In this document: positions 7,670 to 17,806 of the stretch, piece by piece
Position numbering within the stretch: position 1 is the stretch's first letter
Layout: each line of letters starts with the position of its first letter
DNA from: an uncultured bacterium
Lineage (GTDB): Bacteria > Abyssobacteria > SURF-5
Length of the DNA: 44,565 bases
Reading direction: 5' to 3'
Assembly (NCBI GenBank): GCA_964607485.1
Contig: CAZSKP010000036.1
Coordinates: 1-44,565, forward strand
Notes under the pieces: generated by a model
The model's database searches: none
Told to the model about the DNA's origin: nothing
The model's input: the letters and a program-made list of their open reading frames with translations, nothing else
Translations under genes and position numbers: made by a program

Positions 7670-8647
7670 CTACTTCAGGTATTGATACACGCCGCCCGAG
7701 GTGCTCATTATGAGTTGGTCTTTTTCGCTGGACGATTTTTCTATCACTTCGAGCGACTGGAGGAACTTGTAGAAGTCTTCATGGGCGGCATACGCGTTGG
7801 CGTATATGGCGGCGGCCTTTCCATCGCCCCTGCCCTTTATGGTCTCAGCCTCTTTGTATGCCTCGGCCAGGATAATCTTCACGTCCCTGTCGGTTTCCGC
7901 CCTGATCTTTGCGGCCTCTTCCTCGCCCTCGGAACGGTACCGTTTTGAGATTCGTTCGCGTTCGGCCCGCATTCGATTAAAGACGGCGTTGAGGTTCTCC
8001 GCTGGCAGGTCGGCTCTCTTGATGCGAACATCAACCAACTGGATTCCATACTGCCTTGCCGTTTTATCCGCCTTTGCGGTGACCGCGCTCATTATCGTCT
8101 CGCGGCCGGTCGTGATGTGTTCCTCCAGGGAGGGAATATTCTCGGTCCGGACGATTTCCACCAAGTTGCTCTTGGCCAGCTCTTCGCGGAGAACCGAGTA
8201 AACGATGTCGTCGAGCCGGCTTTGCGCTCCGTTCTCCGTGCGAACCGTCTGGATGAACAAGAGAGGGTTCACTATCCGCCAGCGCGCGAAGTTATCCACC
8301 AACAGGTGTTTCTTGTCCTTCGTCACGATGTCGGTCGGCTCCGAGTCGTACTCGAGCAGGCGGTCCTCCAGGAGAACGACCTTCTGGAGGAAGGGAATCT
8401 TCATATAAAGCCCGGCGCCCTGTTTTACGGTCAGCTTCGTATTCTTTTCTTCTTCGTAAGCTTTGATGGCTTCGTCAAACTCAGGCCGGAGGTCCGATGG
8501 TATTGAGCCGAGAATGATGGTGACCGGCTCGCCAAAGAACGTGACCACTGCCTGCTTGGTCTCGTCCACGATGAAAAACGCGCCCGAAAGCAGGATAATA
8601 ACCACCAGGACGGCCACGACTGCTATCGCTGTCCCCGCGTTCTTCAT
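7670..8647 (-). CDS. hflC: FtsH protease modulator HflC
   Basis: SPFH domain; GLYMKIPF, TKDKK.L.VD.FARWRI, DVRIKRADLP, RMRAERERI. Confidence 0.95.
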   Translation of the reverse strand: MKNAGTAIAVVAVLVVIILLSGAFFIVDETKQAVVTFFGEPVTIILGSIPSDLRPEFDEAIKAYEEEKNTKLTVKQGAGLYMKIPFLQKVVLLEDRLLEYDSEPTDIVTKDKKHLLVDNFARWRIVNPLLFIQTVRTENGAQSRLDDIVYSVLREELAKSNLVEIVRTENIPSLEEHITTGRETIMSAVTAKADKTARQYGIQLVDVRIKRADLPAENLNAVFNRMRAERERISKRYRSEGEEEAAKIRAETDRDVKIILAEAYKEAETIKGRGDGKAAAIYANAYAAHEDFYKFLQSLEVIEKSSSEKDQLIMSTSGGVYQYLK

Positions 8648-9669
8648 TTCTGACCCCCTCCGCCGGGAGACATGAGCTGGTTCAGGTTCAGGATGCTGGC
8701 CTTCTCGTCCACTATCACTTTCCTGTAACGTGGAAGCACCGACTTCATCGTCTCCAGGTAAAGCCGCTCTTTTGTGATCGACGGCGCTTTCTTATATTCC
8801 TCGGCAAGCGCCAGGAAGCGGGAGACATCGCCCTCGGCCCTGGCCACACGCTCGCGTTCGTACCCCTCAGCTTCCCTCACGAGCTGCGCCGCCTTGCCCC
8901 GCGCCTGGGGAATCTGTTCGTTCTGGTATCCGCGCGCCGTGTTGATGATGCGGTTGCGGTCCTCTTTCGCCGTTGCCACATCTTTGAACGCCTGAGCCAC
9001 CTCGCGGGGCGGCTGGACATCCTGAAGCTGAACCGCTATTATCCGAACCCCGACCCCGTACAGGTCGGACAGCGATTGAATCTTTTCGGCTATCTCCAGT
9101 TGGATTTCTGTCTTGCCGACCGTCAAGGTGTCGTCTATCGGCCGGTTGCCGACGACCTGCCTTTCCGCCGCCTCGGCCAAATCGTGGAGTGTTTCTCCCG
9201 GGTCGGGCACGTTGAACAGGTAGGCGACCGGGTCGAGTATCTGGTACTGCACTATCATGCTGTTGTTCACCACGTTCTCGTCGCCGGTGAGCATCTGCGC
9301 TTCCTTCAGCATGCGCGGGTCGTTGTTCGCGTCGATGTACACGGCGGGCGGACCCTGGCGTATGGTGCGGAAGCCGATCTCCAGCCGTTTCACTTCGGTC
9401 ACTTTGGGGAGCCTGACGGTCTGTATGGGCCACGGAAGCTTGAAATGCAGCCCCGGCGGGGTGGAGGATGTGTACCTGCCGAAGGTCTGAATGATTCCCT
9501 CTTCGTCAGGACCAACCATGTAAACCGGCCCGCCGAAGATGAACCAGACCAGCAGCACTACCAAGAAGAGGGGGATGATGATTTTTGAGGGGGTCAGGTT
9601 GATATTTATCTCACGGCGAAACTTATCCATGTCGAGCACATCGCCGCTGTCAGGTTTTCGTGGACTCAT
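8644..9669 (-). CDS. hflK: FtsH protease modulator HflK
   Basis: PGLHFKLPWPI, MLTGDENVV, QLQDVQPP.EV..AF.DV, IP.ARG.A; 4-nt overlap with hflC; start 9669 or 9630. Confidence 0.93.
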   Translation of the reverse strand: MSPRKPDSGDVLDMDKFRREININLTPSKIIIPLFLVVLLVWFIFGGPVYMVGPDEEGIIQTFGRYTSSTPPGLHFKLPWPIQTVRLPKVTEVKRLEIGFRTIRQGPPAVYIDANNDPRMLKEAQMLTGDENVVNNSMIVQYQILDPVAYLFNVPDPGETLHDLAEAAERQVVGNRPIDDTLTVGKTEIQLEIAEKIQSLSDLYGVGVRIIAVQLQDVQPPREVAQAFKDVATAKEDRNRIINTARGYQNEQIPQARGKAAQLVREAEGYERERVARAEGDVSRFLALAEEYKKAPSITKERLYLETMKSVLPRYRKVIVDEKASILNLNQLMSPGGGGQK

Positions 9670-9677
9670 TACGTGTG

Positions 9678-9706
9678 AGTATAACACATCATCCGTGGCA
9701 CGTCAA
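9678..9706 (-). promoter_or_regulatory. hflKC promoter
   Basis: TTGACG-N17-TATACT with extended TG, 8 nt before ATG 9669. Confidence 0.6.
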
Positions 9707-9824
9707 ACCTCTCCGGCGCACGAGTTTCGCTTGACTCTCGACCGAGCGACAAGTAAGATTTAGGGACTGCGGTCCGTGCGCCCGACGCGGCGCGCCGGAC
9801 GAAGCCTGACGACGAACCGGAAAG

Positions 9825-11246
9825 GTGAGAATCGACGTGGCCTCGGTGCTGTTTGTCCAGAACATATTCTTTGAGCTGATCGGGACGATGTCCCTGTCGG
9901 CATGTCTGAAACAGAGGGGACATCGTGTCGATCTCGTCATCGAAACCGCCCCTCACAGGGTCGTCCGTCGAATCCGAGACAGCAGACCAGACGTCGTCGC
10001 GTTCTCCACCGTGACGGGCTCACACAAGACCGTGCTCGAAATCGCGACGGCGATAAAACAGTCTTTCGCAGACGTTCCCATTGTTATCGGCGGGGCGCAC
10101 CCCACGTTTTTCCCCGACATGATCGAGCAAGGGCCCATCGACATCGTGCGTCGGGGTGAGGGCGGGGCGGCGTTGGCGGACCTGCTGGACAGGCTCGACG
10201 ACGGCAGCGCGATAGACAACATTCCGAACCTCTGGGTGAAGAAGGGCAACGAAGTAGTCAGAAACGACGTCAGGCCGCTCGTCGAAGACGTCGACTCACT
10301 CCCCTTCCCGACCGCTCCGTTTACGACAAGCATCCGTACCTCAGCTCGCATCCGGTACGGCGTTTCATGAGCGGGCTGGGCTGTCCGTACGAGTGCAACT
10401 TCTGCTTCAACCACGCGCTGAAGAGGCTGTGCTTAGGCAAGGGCCGCTTTGTGCGCATGCGCAGCCCGCAGAATGTCATCGAGGAAATCAAGAAGGTGGC
10501 GCGCGACTATCCCACCATGAAGAGGGTCAAGTTCGAGGACGACACCTTCACGTTGAACAAAAGATGGGTAATGGAATTTCTGCCGCAGTACAGGGCAGAG
10601 GTCGGCATGCCGTTCGCATGCTATTCGCGCGCCGACTGCGTAGACGACGAGCTTGCGCGCGCTGAAAGAGGTTGGCTGCGACCGTCTCGATTTCGGCGTT
10701 GAGACCGGAAGCGAGCGGCTCAGAAACGATATCCTGAACAAGAAGCTCACGAACGAACAGATAATCGAGGCCGCCGAGGTGCTTCGCCGAAACGGCGTGC
10801 CGTTCGGCACCGCAAACATGTTTGGTCTGCCCGGCGAAACCTTCGAGGACGCCCTCCAGACGCTCGACATGAACCTCCGCATCAAGCCCTGCGACGTATG
10901 GGGCGCCGTGTTCCAGCCGTATCCCGGCACCGAATGTGGCCGACACGTGCTGGAAGAGGGATACTGCCGGAAGTTGGACCTGGACGACATCAAGAGCGAC
11001 TACCAGACGGGCAGCCTGCTCGACCAGAGGGACATAAGAAAGGTCGTCAACCTGCACAAGTTCTTCTACCTGCTCGTCATGGTTCCTTCCACGATGAAAG
11101 TCGTGCGGCCGCTGTTGTCCCTCCCCCACAATTTTCTCTTCACGCTTGTCCACCGGCTGCTCTACTTCTGGGGTTACGCCACGCGGACGAAGGGCAACCT
11201 CGCGCAGGTTTTAAGAGACATCCGCATGGCCATGAAATACCGCTGA
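9825..11246 (+). pseudogene. B12-binding radical SAM protein interrupted by two frameshifts
   Basis: B12 domain (GGAHPTFFP, RGEG), CPYECNFC cluster motif, FEDDTF, GVETGS, GLPGET spread over three ORFs; shifts near 10308 and 10655-10662. Confidence 0.85.
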
Positions 11247-11303
11247 GCAACCCTCCCGACAAACGCACCTCCTCACCCCGCCCCGCCCAAAACCACAAAC
11301 CTG

Positions 11304-11364
11304 AACTGCGGGGTACACGGGGCATCCGGGGATTTCTTACCGCGAAGCCGCAAAGAACGCAAAG
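11304..11364. repeat. Short-period (8-9 nt) imperfect tandem repeats
   Basis: CTGCGGGGT-ACACGGGGC-ATCCGGGGA and CGCGAAGC-CGCAAAGAA-CGCAAAG. Confidence 0.5.
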
Positions 11365-11527
11365 CACCTGAAGCCACTGCTGTTTGAGGGAGACTGTTCC
11401 TTTCGGTACGAAAAACCGGGGGTTCCGCTCGAAAAGAGGAAGATTGCGCCACATTGAGCGGTTTTATGGATGGCAGTATTGCACTTCGCAACCAGAGAAA
11501 GCTTTCGACTCTCTCTTGTGCTGATGT

Positions 11528-13453
11528 TTAGGTGTATAAGTCATCCGCCAATCTAACCCTTGTGATAAGGCAAGCCGGATTCGACACGAGCGGAAATATT
11601 CTCAATTTTTCATATCCCTTGGCTGCAGCCGTGCGGACAATTCCTATGCTATATGTGGCGGGGCCGGTCCTGTCGCTCTCTCGCCCCAGGACGGTTCGAC
11701 TGCAGACAACATTGTCCCCGTTTAGAAACTCAATCCTAAAATCAACAGGATGTTCCGTAACAATTTCAGCCGTGTCAGCGTGCGTGACAAAGCCGAGGTC
11801 AATTTCCGCACCTCCCATTTCTGCCCGGAGGGGTTCATTGGAATCAGTTGTGTGACTGAGTTTGTATTTGACCAAATCGGGAAATCGATATCTTTCAAAA
11901 TCGATGAGGTGGTCGTACTTGCCGATGTTCAAGTTCCATATAGTATTCCATCGCTCCCGGCTGAATAGAGGGCCGCGGGTCAAGAGCGTAAGTTTGTCGT
12001 AATAGGCGGCGCGGGTTCTGCCCACTATCTTGTTCTCTCCGGTACGGATTGTTTCAATATAGCCCTCCGGCACGACTCGCTCAAAGTGGCCGATCCCCCA
12101 TCGAGGGGCATACCTGGCCGGTAACCTTGCCAGCAAGGGATCGGTCAAGGCAAGGAGATCGACTATGTGTACCCGTGGCCCTGCGTAAAAGCCAAACATG
12201 CCGATATAGCGTCTTTGTACCACCGCGGTGCCTAGTTTTCGCGTCCGCATTCCCTCGTTCGCCCATTCATGCTCAAGCGTGTAATTGATCCATCCGGTCG
12301 GTTTAGGCCGCAGGAGGCCGGTGTTGCTGTAGTAATTTAGTCGCGTATTCATAATCCCGTTCCTGCTCAGGAGGAATGATGGCTCTGCCGACAGCAGACC
12401 TATGAAGACGGCTGCGGAGAAGGCGGCGAGAAAATGTGGCTTACTCTTAATGAGGGTGGAACGCGAGATAAGCACAACCGCGCAGAAAAACGGCGCCGCG
12501 AAAAAGCGACCGCCCATGAAGTCGCCGCCGATCCGTATTATGTAAGCAAGGTAAAATATCGCACCGGCCGCGACGACCGCATGGCGAATTTTGCGCTCAC
12601 AGAGCGAGGCCACGATTCCGCATCCGATAGCGAGCAGGGTGAGGGGATCGAACTTCAACGAGTGCAGAAAATACCGTGCGCCCTGCACAACCAGCTCTCC
12701 ACCGGCGACACCGGTGTTTAGCTTCGCATAAGCCGTGTTCGGGAATAAGAACCCGTAGTAGGCGAGTGAAAAGCATTTCCAAAGAATGAAGGGGAGAAAG
12801 CCGAAGAACAGGGCAAATACCGCCTTGAAGCACCGGCATTTCCAAAACCCGTAGGCGAGCACTGGCGCATACAGGAGAAAAGTGTCCATCCGGTTTAAGG
12901 TTCCCAATGACGCCACGAGAGATAGGAAGAACAGCTTCTTCGGCGTAATCTCCTGCGAGCCGAAATATACGGCGAAAAACGCTGCCAGGCAAAGATATGT
13001 GAGGGGGTTTTCCAGGCCGGACGTGCAGTAGTCTATGAACGCATGAGAGCGGATGAGCATTACTACTCCGAGTATTGCGAGCGCCGGCGTGCGAGCGACT
13101 CTGAACGCGAACAGAAGCACAGCGAGCAGCGAAAGTGCTATCGAAAAGAAGATGGCCGTCAGGTAAGTCTCACGCGTGATAAAGTAAAGGCCGGAGAAAA
13201 GAAGCATCCACAGGGGATGCGTGTATACCTCGACTCTTTCCGCCGTGTTCCATGTGAGACCGCGCCCATTGACAAAATTATCGACGGTCCTGAACGTGAT
13301 ATGGGCATCGTCGCCAAGCCATGCGGTCCGAAGGCACCCCCCGACGAACACTATCAAGAGAACAATTAGCGCAGCTTTTGAAGCCCTGTCGCCGAATCTG
13401 ACGGACAGGCCTTTGAAGATCCGGGTCGGGTTTTGTATTGTCACATCTTGCAT
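11528..13453 (-). CDS. GT-C membrane glycosyltransferase, AftB (arabinofuranosyltransferase)-like
   Basis: WLGDDAHITFRTVDNFVNGRGLTWN.AERVE.YTHPLW, TSGLEN, YYG..FPNTAYAK, GGDFM.GRF, LTDPLLARLP, IGHFER. Confidence 0.8.
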   Translation of the reverse strand: MQDVTIQNPTRIFKGLSVRFGDRASKAALIVLLIVFVGGCLRTAWLGDDAHITFRTVDNFVNGRGLTWNTAERVEVYTHPLWMLLFSGLYFITRETYLTAIFFSIALSLLAVLLFAFRVARTPALAILGVVMLIRSHAFIDYCTSGLENPLTYLCLAAFFAVYFGSQEITPKKLFFLSLVASLGTLNRMDTFLLYAPVLAYGFWKCRCFKAVFALFFGFLPFILWKCFSLAYYGFLFPNTAYAKLNTGVAGGELVVQGARYFLHSLKFDPLTLLAIGCGIVASLCERKIRHAVVAAGAIFYLAYIIRIGGDFMGGRFFAAPFFCAVVLISRSTLIKSKPHFLAAFSAAVFIGLLSAEPSFLLSRNGIMNTRLNYYSNTGLLRPKPTGWINYTLEHEWANEGMRTRKLGTAVVQRRYIGMFGFYAGPRVHIVDLLALTDPLLARLPARYAPRWGIGHFERVVPEGYIETIRTGENKIVGRTRAAYYDKLTLLTRGPLFSRERWNTIWNLNIGKYDHLIDFERYRFPDLVKYKLSHTTDSNEPLRAEMGGAEIDLGFVTHADTAEIVTEHPVDFRIEFLNGDNVVCSRTVLGRESDRTGPATYSIGIVRTAAAKGYEKLRIFPLVSNPACLITRVRLADDLYT

Positions 13454-13681
13454 TAAGGGGACTCAGGAATAGCCCTGTGGCGTTTAGTCGCGGAAATCTG
13501 CGTAACCATATCTAAACGCAATCACCGGACTAGGTGTGCGACAGCGGGATTTGAGCAACGGTTCATTGTATATCACAGGGAATGATTATTGTCAATCGAC
13601 ACAATTCTCGGCACGTAGCGACACATTAAGAAAACTGAATCAGAGAACCAAACCGAACACCCGAAACCGCGTTTTCCCGAA

Positions 13682-13751
13682 CAACGAATTCCACGAATCA
13701 CACAAAGAGAGACTTTTGCCGTTTGTCATTCTGAGCGCGGCGAAGAATCCC
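13682..13751. repeat. 9-nt tandem repeat plus REP-like element
   Basis: ACGAATTCC-ACGAATCAC-ACAAA, then TGTCATTCTGAGCGCGGCGAAGAATCCC. Confidence 0.55.
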
Positions 13752-13840
13752 CTCTTGACAACATAATTTAAGGGGTGATAAGATTTTGATGGGGGAAGCC
13801 ATCAAGAGCGATTCAAATAGCGAAGATAGGGAATTGTGAG

Positions 13841-14050
13841 TTGGAAGAGTGGATTGGGTTGATAGGATACTGCCTCGTGTCGATAGGATTGCTCGGCTTG
13901 ATTGCGCTGGCATGGAAAAGTTCTACGCCTTCCATAGATAGCAGCGATCCTTCCCTTTTTGAGTGGATTCTTTGCTTTGTGTTTCTGATAATCGGACTCA
14001 TTGTCGTCATTCTTGAAAGGCAATGGCGGTTTGGGCCAGCCGGTTTTTGA
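13841..14050 (+). CDS. Possible small two-TM membrane protein
   Basis: Two hydrophobic segments; upstream TTGACA-N18-TAAGAT at 13755-13784; weak TTG start. Confidence 0.4.
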   Translation: MEEWIGLIGYCLVSIGLLGLIALAWKSSTPSIDSSDPSLFEWILCFVFLIIGLIVVILERQWRFGPAGF

Positions 14051-14117
14051 TTTCGGGCGCATGCCATGCGGCCCTACATTGCTCTTTGTGCCTATGCGGT
14101 ATAGGTTCCTCTCCCGC

Positions 14118-15350
14118 TTACGGTTTCTGACCAGTGGTGTAATTGCTCCAGTCGATGCGGCCGGTGAGTTGCATTGCCAGGAACAGCGTCAGAACACACC
14201 CGATGGTCACCGTCAGCCCGGTGTATCCCTTAAGGAAGAAGGCGTATGAGAAGAGGATCAGATATACGAGTTGCGAGAGGCCCGTTTCGATGAGCGCGAA
14301 TCGTATCCCCACCACCAGGCGCATGTACGAGATCACCAAGAATATGGACACGAGTGAAGCGATCAGAAAAGCCGCGTGTATGTTTACGTGATCTACAAGA
14401 TATGCCAGCAGCAGATGGAAGCTGAAGAACGCCGCGGAAATGAAAAAGTAATTCATCGGATGAATATCGATCTTCCTTACCGCCGTAATGATGAACATCA
14501 AGAACAGGAAGAGGAAGAGCGAGACCGGCGCGAAGAAAGTAACCTTGCCGACGAAGGGACCGGGATTCAATTTCTGCGGCATGTCCATCCCGATCTGGAT
14601 GCCGGAGACCAGATTCGAGTATTCCCATGTAAGCTCCCATCCGTTGTCTTTCTCCTGTTTACGGGTGGGCGAGATGCTGTTCTCGGGGAAGTCGATCTCA
14701 GAGAAGTCTGTTACGATTGACAGCTTGAAATTCCGAATCTGAGACACGCCGGACCCGAATAGATACCACCACTCATCCATCCCCTGTGAGTCGTAAGCGA
14801 TCTCTACGTTCTTTCCCTCTCCCGGCGCAAGATGCAGCTTCTCCACTATTTTCCCGTCAGCAGGTTGAAAATCCTTTATCTTCTCTTTATCGACAACCAG
14901 AGAGAAGTTGTCATAGATGCCGCCCTCCGAGGGGAAAGTGTATTTGAAAAAGATGTCGCGGCTCTCTTCGGAATCGTTCACGACCAGATATTTGCCCGAG
15001 AATACGACGCGATAGGTCGAATACCAGAGCAAGCCTTTCCTTCTATGATCCAGCATGAGTTTTACGGTTATGTCGCTGCCGTCAAGAACGATGGGATGAT
15101 CTGTCGTTACCGTCTTTGTTTCCTCAGTTGTTTCGGACCCGGAGTTCGTGCGAACTTTGATCTTTTCTTTCGTTTGATAGTACACGTAGGGCGCCTCTTG
15201 TCTTTGGACGGTTCCCCATAATTGTCCCACCGATTTCTTAAGGCTTGTGTCCTGCGTGTGAGCTCGGATATTGGTTGCAGTGCCTAGAATGATCCATGCG
15301 ATTGTTGTGCAAATGAAAATGAAGACAAGCGCGGCTATATGTTTCAGCAT
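14118..15350 (-). CDS. CreD-like inner membrane protein
   Basis: N-terminal TM, WG..Q, RRKGLLWY.TY, six C-terminal TMs with IHPMNY, FHLLLAYL, T.RIDW; AAGGAGG RBS. Confidence 0.8.
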   Translation of the reverse strand: MLKHIAALVFIFICTTIAWIILGTATNIRAHTQDTSLKKSVGQLWGTVQRQEAPYVYYQTKEKIKVRTNSGSETTEETKTVTTDHPIVLDGSDITVKLMLDHRRKGLLWYSTYRVVFSGKYLVVNDSEESRDIFFKYTFPSEGGIYDNFSLVVDKEKIKDFQPADGKIVEKLHLAPGEGKNVEIAYDSQGMDEWWYLFGSGVSQIRNFKLSIVTDFSEIDFPENSISPTRKQEKDNGWELTWEYSNLVSGIQIGMDMPQKLNPGPFVGKVTFFAPVSLFLFLFLMFIITAVRKIDIHPMNYFFISAAFFSFHLLLAYLVDHVNIHAAFLIASLVSIFLVISYMRLVVGIRFALIETGLSQLVYLILFSYAFFLKGYTGLTVTIGCVLTLFLAMQLTGRIDWSNYTTGQKP

Positions 15351-15482
15351 TGCGCTCCCTCCTTGTTTTGAAGATACTCAATTATTGAAACAATAGTACC
15401 ACTCGTAATCAAGCAGGGTCAAGCAGACTGAACTGGCCTTCTTGCGGGAGCATCCATTCGTATTCCAAATGAGTCCTTCTGA

Positions 15483-15512
15483 AATCCGTGTGAATCTGTG
15501 CAAATCTGTGGA
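15483..15512. repeat. 10-nt tandem repeat x3
   Basis: AATCCGTGTG-AATCTGTGCA-AATCTGTGGA. Confidence 0.55.
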
Positions 15513-15626
15513 TAAGAAATCCTTGGCCGAAGAGTTCGAGTCTGCGGGAAAGGTTTGTTTCGATGTGCTCGATAGCTCTTTCGAGGCGGGTGAGGGTTAT
15601 TTTCAGTAATGGGAGAGGTGAAAAAC

Positions 15627-17318
15627 TTATTCCCCTTGTGATTTCTGGATCTTTGCCCAGGTGTCTCTCAATGTAACGCTTCGGTTGAAGACAGGATGTT
15701 CTTCAGTCGAATCGGGGTCCACAGAGAAGTAGCCCTTGCGCTCGAACTGGAAGAACTCGAAGGGTCTCACGTTTTTGAGCGACGGCTCGAGCTTGACGTT
15801 TTCCTTGATAATCTTCGAATTCGGATTAAGATTGTCCTTCCAATCTCCACCTTCCTCGACTTCGGACGGATTCTCGGCAGCGAACAGGTGGTCGTAAAGC
15901 CGGACCTCGCCGTTGACAGCGTGGGGAGCGCTCACCCAGTGGAGCGTGGCCTTCACCTTGCGGCCGTCGGGAGAATCGCCGCCCTTGGTAGCCGGATCGT
16001 ATGAACAACGAAGCTCGCCAACCTCGCCGCAGTCGTCCTTGATTACCTCCTCGCACTTGATGAAGTACGCGTAGCGGAGCCTCACCTCACGGCCGGGGGC
16101 GAGTCGGTAGAACTTCTTTGGCGGGTCCTCCATGAAGTCTTCGCGCTCGATGTAGAGCACCTTTGAGAACGGAATCCGGCGAGTGCCCATCGAGTCGTCC
16201 TCGGGATTATTGATTGCATCGAGCATTTCGCCTTCACCTTCCGGATAGTTAGTGATCACCACCTTGAGGGGGTCGAGCACTGCCATCCTTCTCGGTGCGC
16301 GCTGGTTGAGATCCACTCGCAGGCAGTGTTCGAGCAGGGCGATGTCCGCCGTCGAATTGCTCTTGGCCACTCCGACCTTGGCGACCATGTCGCGGATCGC
16401 TTCGGGCGTGTAGCCGCGGCGGCGGTATCCCGACAGAGTCGGCATTCGCGGGTCGTCCCAGCCGTCAACCACGCCCTCTTTGACCAGGAGCAACAGCCTC
16501 CGTTTGCTCAGCATGGTATAGGTAAGTTCGAGTTTGGCAAACTCTATCTGGCGGGGATGATGGATGCCAAGCTGCTCGATGAACCAGTCATAGAGCGGGC
16601 GGTGGTCCTCGAACTCGAGCGTGCAGATCGAGTGGGTAATGCCCTCGATGGAGTCGGACTGGCCGTGAGCCCAGTCATATGAGGGATAGATCACCCACTT
16701 GTCGCCGGTGCGATGATGCGGCGCCTTGATGATGCGGTACATCACCGGGTCGCGCAGATTGATATTCCCCGACGACATATCGATCTTGGCGCGCAGCACC
16801 TTGGCGCCTTCGTCGAATTCGCCCTTCCTCATCCGCTCGAACATATCGAGGTTCTCCTCGACCGACCGGTTCCGGTACGGGCTCTCCTTGCCGGGCTGGG
16901 TCAGCGTGCCGCGGTACTCGCGGATTTCGTCGGCGCTCAAATCGTCCACGTAGGCTTTGCCGTCCTCGATCAGCTTGATCGCCCACTCGTGGAGCTGATC
17001 GAAGTAGTCTGAGGCATAGTAGAGGTGCTCGCCCCAGTCAAAGCCGAGCCAGCGAACGTCCTCCTTTATCGCCTCGATGTACTCCTCCTCCTCCTTCAAC
17101 GGATTCGTGTCGTCGTAGCGAAGGTGACACCGGCCGCCGTACTCGATGGCGATCCCGAAATTCAGGCAGATGCTCTTGGCGTGGCCGATATGCAGGTAAC
17201 CATTGGGCTCGGGCGGAAAACGCGTCACCACCTTGCCGCCGTACTTTCCGGTTTCGTTGTCCTTGTTGATGATGGCCCGGATAAAATCAATTCCAGTTCC
17301 AGTTTTCTCGTCAACCAT
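15627..17318 (-). CDS. glnS: Glutamine--tRNA ligase
   Basis: [56 protein letters not shown]. Confidence 0.97.
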   Translation of the reverse strand: MVDEKTGTGIDFIRAIINKDNETGKYGGKVVTRFPPEPNGYLHIGHAKSICLNFGIAIEYGGRCHLRYDDTNPLKEEEEYIEAIKEDVRWLGFDWGEHLYYASDYFDQLHEWAIKLIEDGKAYVDDLSADEIREYRGTLTQPGKESPYRNRSVEENLDMFERMRKGEFDEGAKVLRAKIDMSSGNINLRDPVMYRIIKAPHHRTGDKWVIYPSYDWAHGQSDSIEGITHSICTLEFEDHRPLYDWFIEQLGIHHPRQIEFAKLELTYTMLSKRRLLLLVKEGVVDGWDDPRMPTLSGYRRRGYTPEAIRDMVAKVGVAKSNSTADIALLEHCLRVDLNQRAPRRMAVLDPLKVVITNYPEGEGEMLDAINNPEDDSMGTRRIPFSKVLYIEREDFMEDPPKKFYRLAPGREVRLRYAYFIKCEEVIKDDCGEVGELRCSYDPATKGGDSPDGRKVKATLHWVSAPHAVNGEVRLYDHLFAAENPSEVEEGGDWKDNLNPNSKIIKENVKLEPSLKNVRPFEFFQFERKGYFSVDPDSTEEHPVFNRSVTLRDTWAKIQKSQGE

Positions 17319-17459
17319 TCATGTGCCCTTTCCCGCTCGCTCTCTCTAATTGTGTAGGTGCGAATTCATTCGCACAATTGCATGCGCCAAGGTAGCCTCG
17401 CCAAAGCAGTTCATATTATACTTCCCGGACCGGCTGCCTGGCAAAATCATCTGCCAATA

Positions 17460-17699
17460 TTATTCTACCAAATGGACCCCGAAAGTCGAAGAGGAAGAGA
17501 AACCTTGTGATGAAATTCTTGACTTTCGCTCTCTTGCTTCGCGTTGCTTCACTAATTTTCGCTTCTCAAAGGCTTGATCTTTCGCCTCTAAAAGTGAAGA
17601 TTTCGGCTCCTCCTGAGAGAATTCTTCACTCCCCCATTTCTGGCAGAACCTCGTTGCTTTTTGATATACTAGCTCTTCCGAACCCTGGGACGCCTGCAT
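17460..17699 (-). CDS. Small hypothetical protein (79 aa)
   Basis: Strong AGGGAGG RBS 8 nt before ATG; no recognisable motif. Confidence 0.4.
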   Translation of the reverse strand: MQASQGSEELVYQKATRFCQKWGSEEFSQEEPKSSLLEAKDQAFEKRKLVKQREARERKSRISSQGFSSSSTFGVHLVE

Positions 17700-17806
17700 T
17701 GAAACAACCTCCCTTTTGATGATTCAGGCGTTGATTGTAATGAAGATCCACGAAGTAATCGGAGCCCAACTGGATTGCTGAAGAATGAAAGGAGAAACAC
17801 TCCCAA

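Noticed and set aside
13789..13941. Selenocysteine read-through of TGA at 13837
   Set aside because: No redox motif or recognisable SECIS; extended product looks non-protein-like
11304..15512. Repeats as a CRISPR array
   Set aside because: Units are 8-10 nt with no spacers and no cas genes
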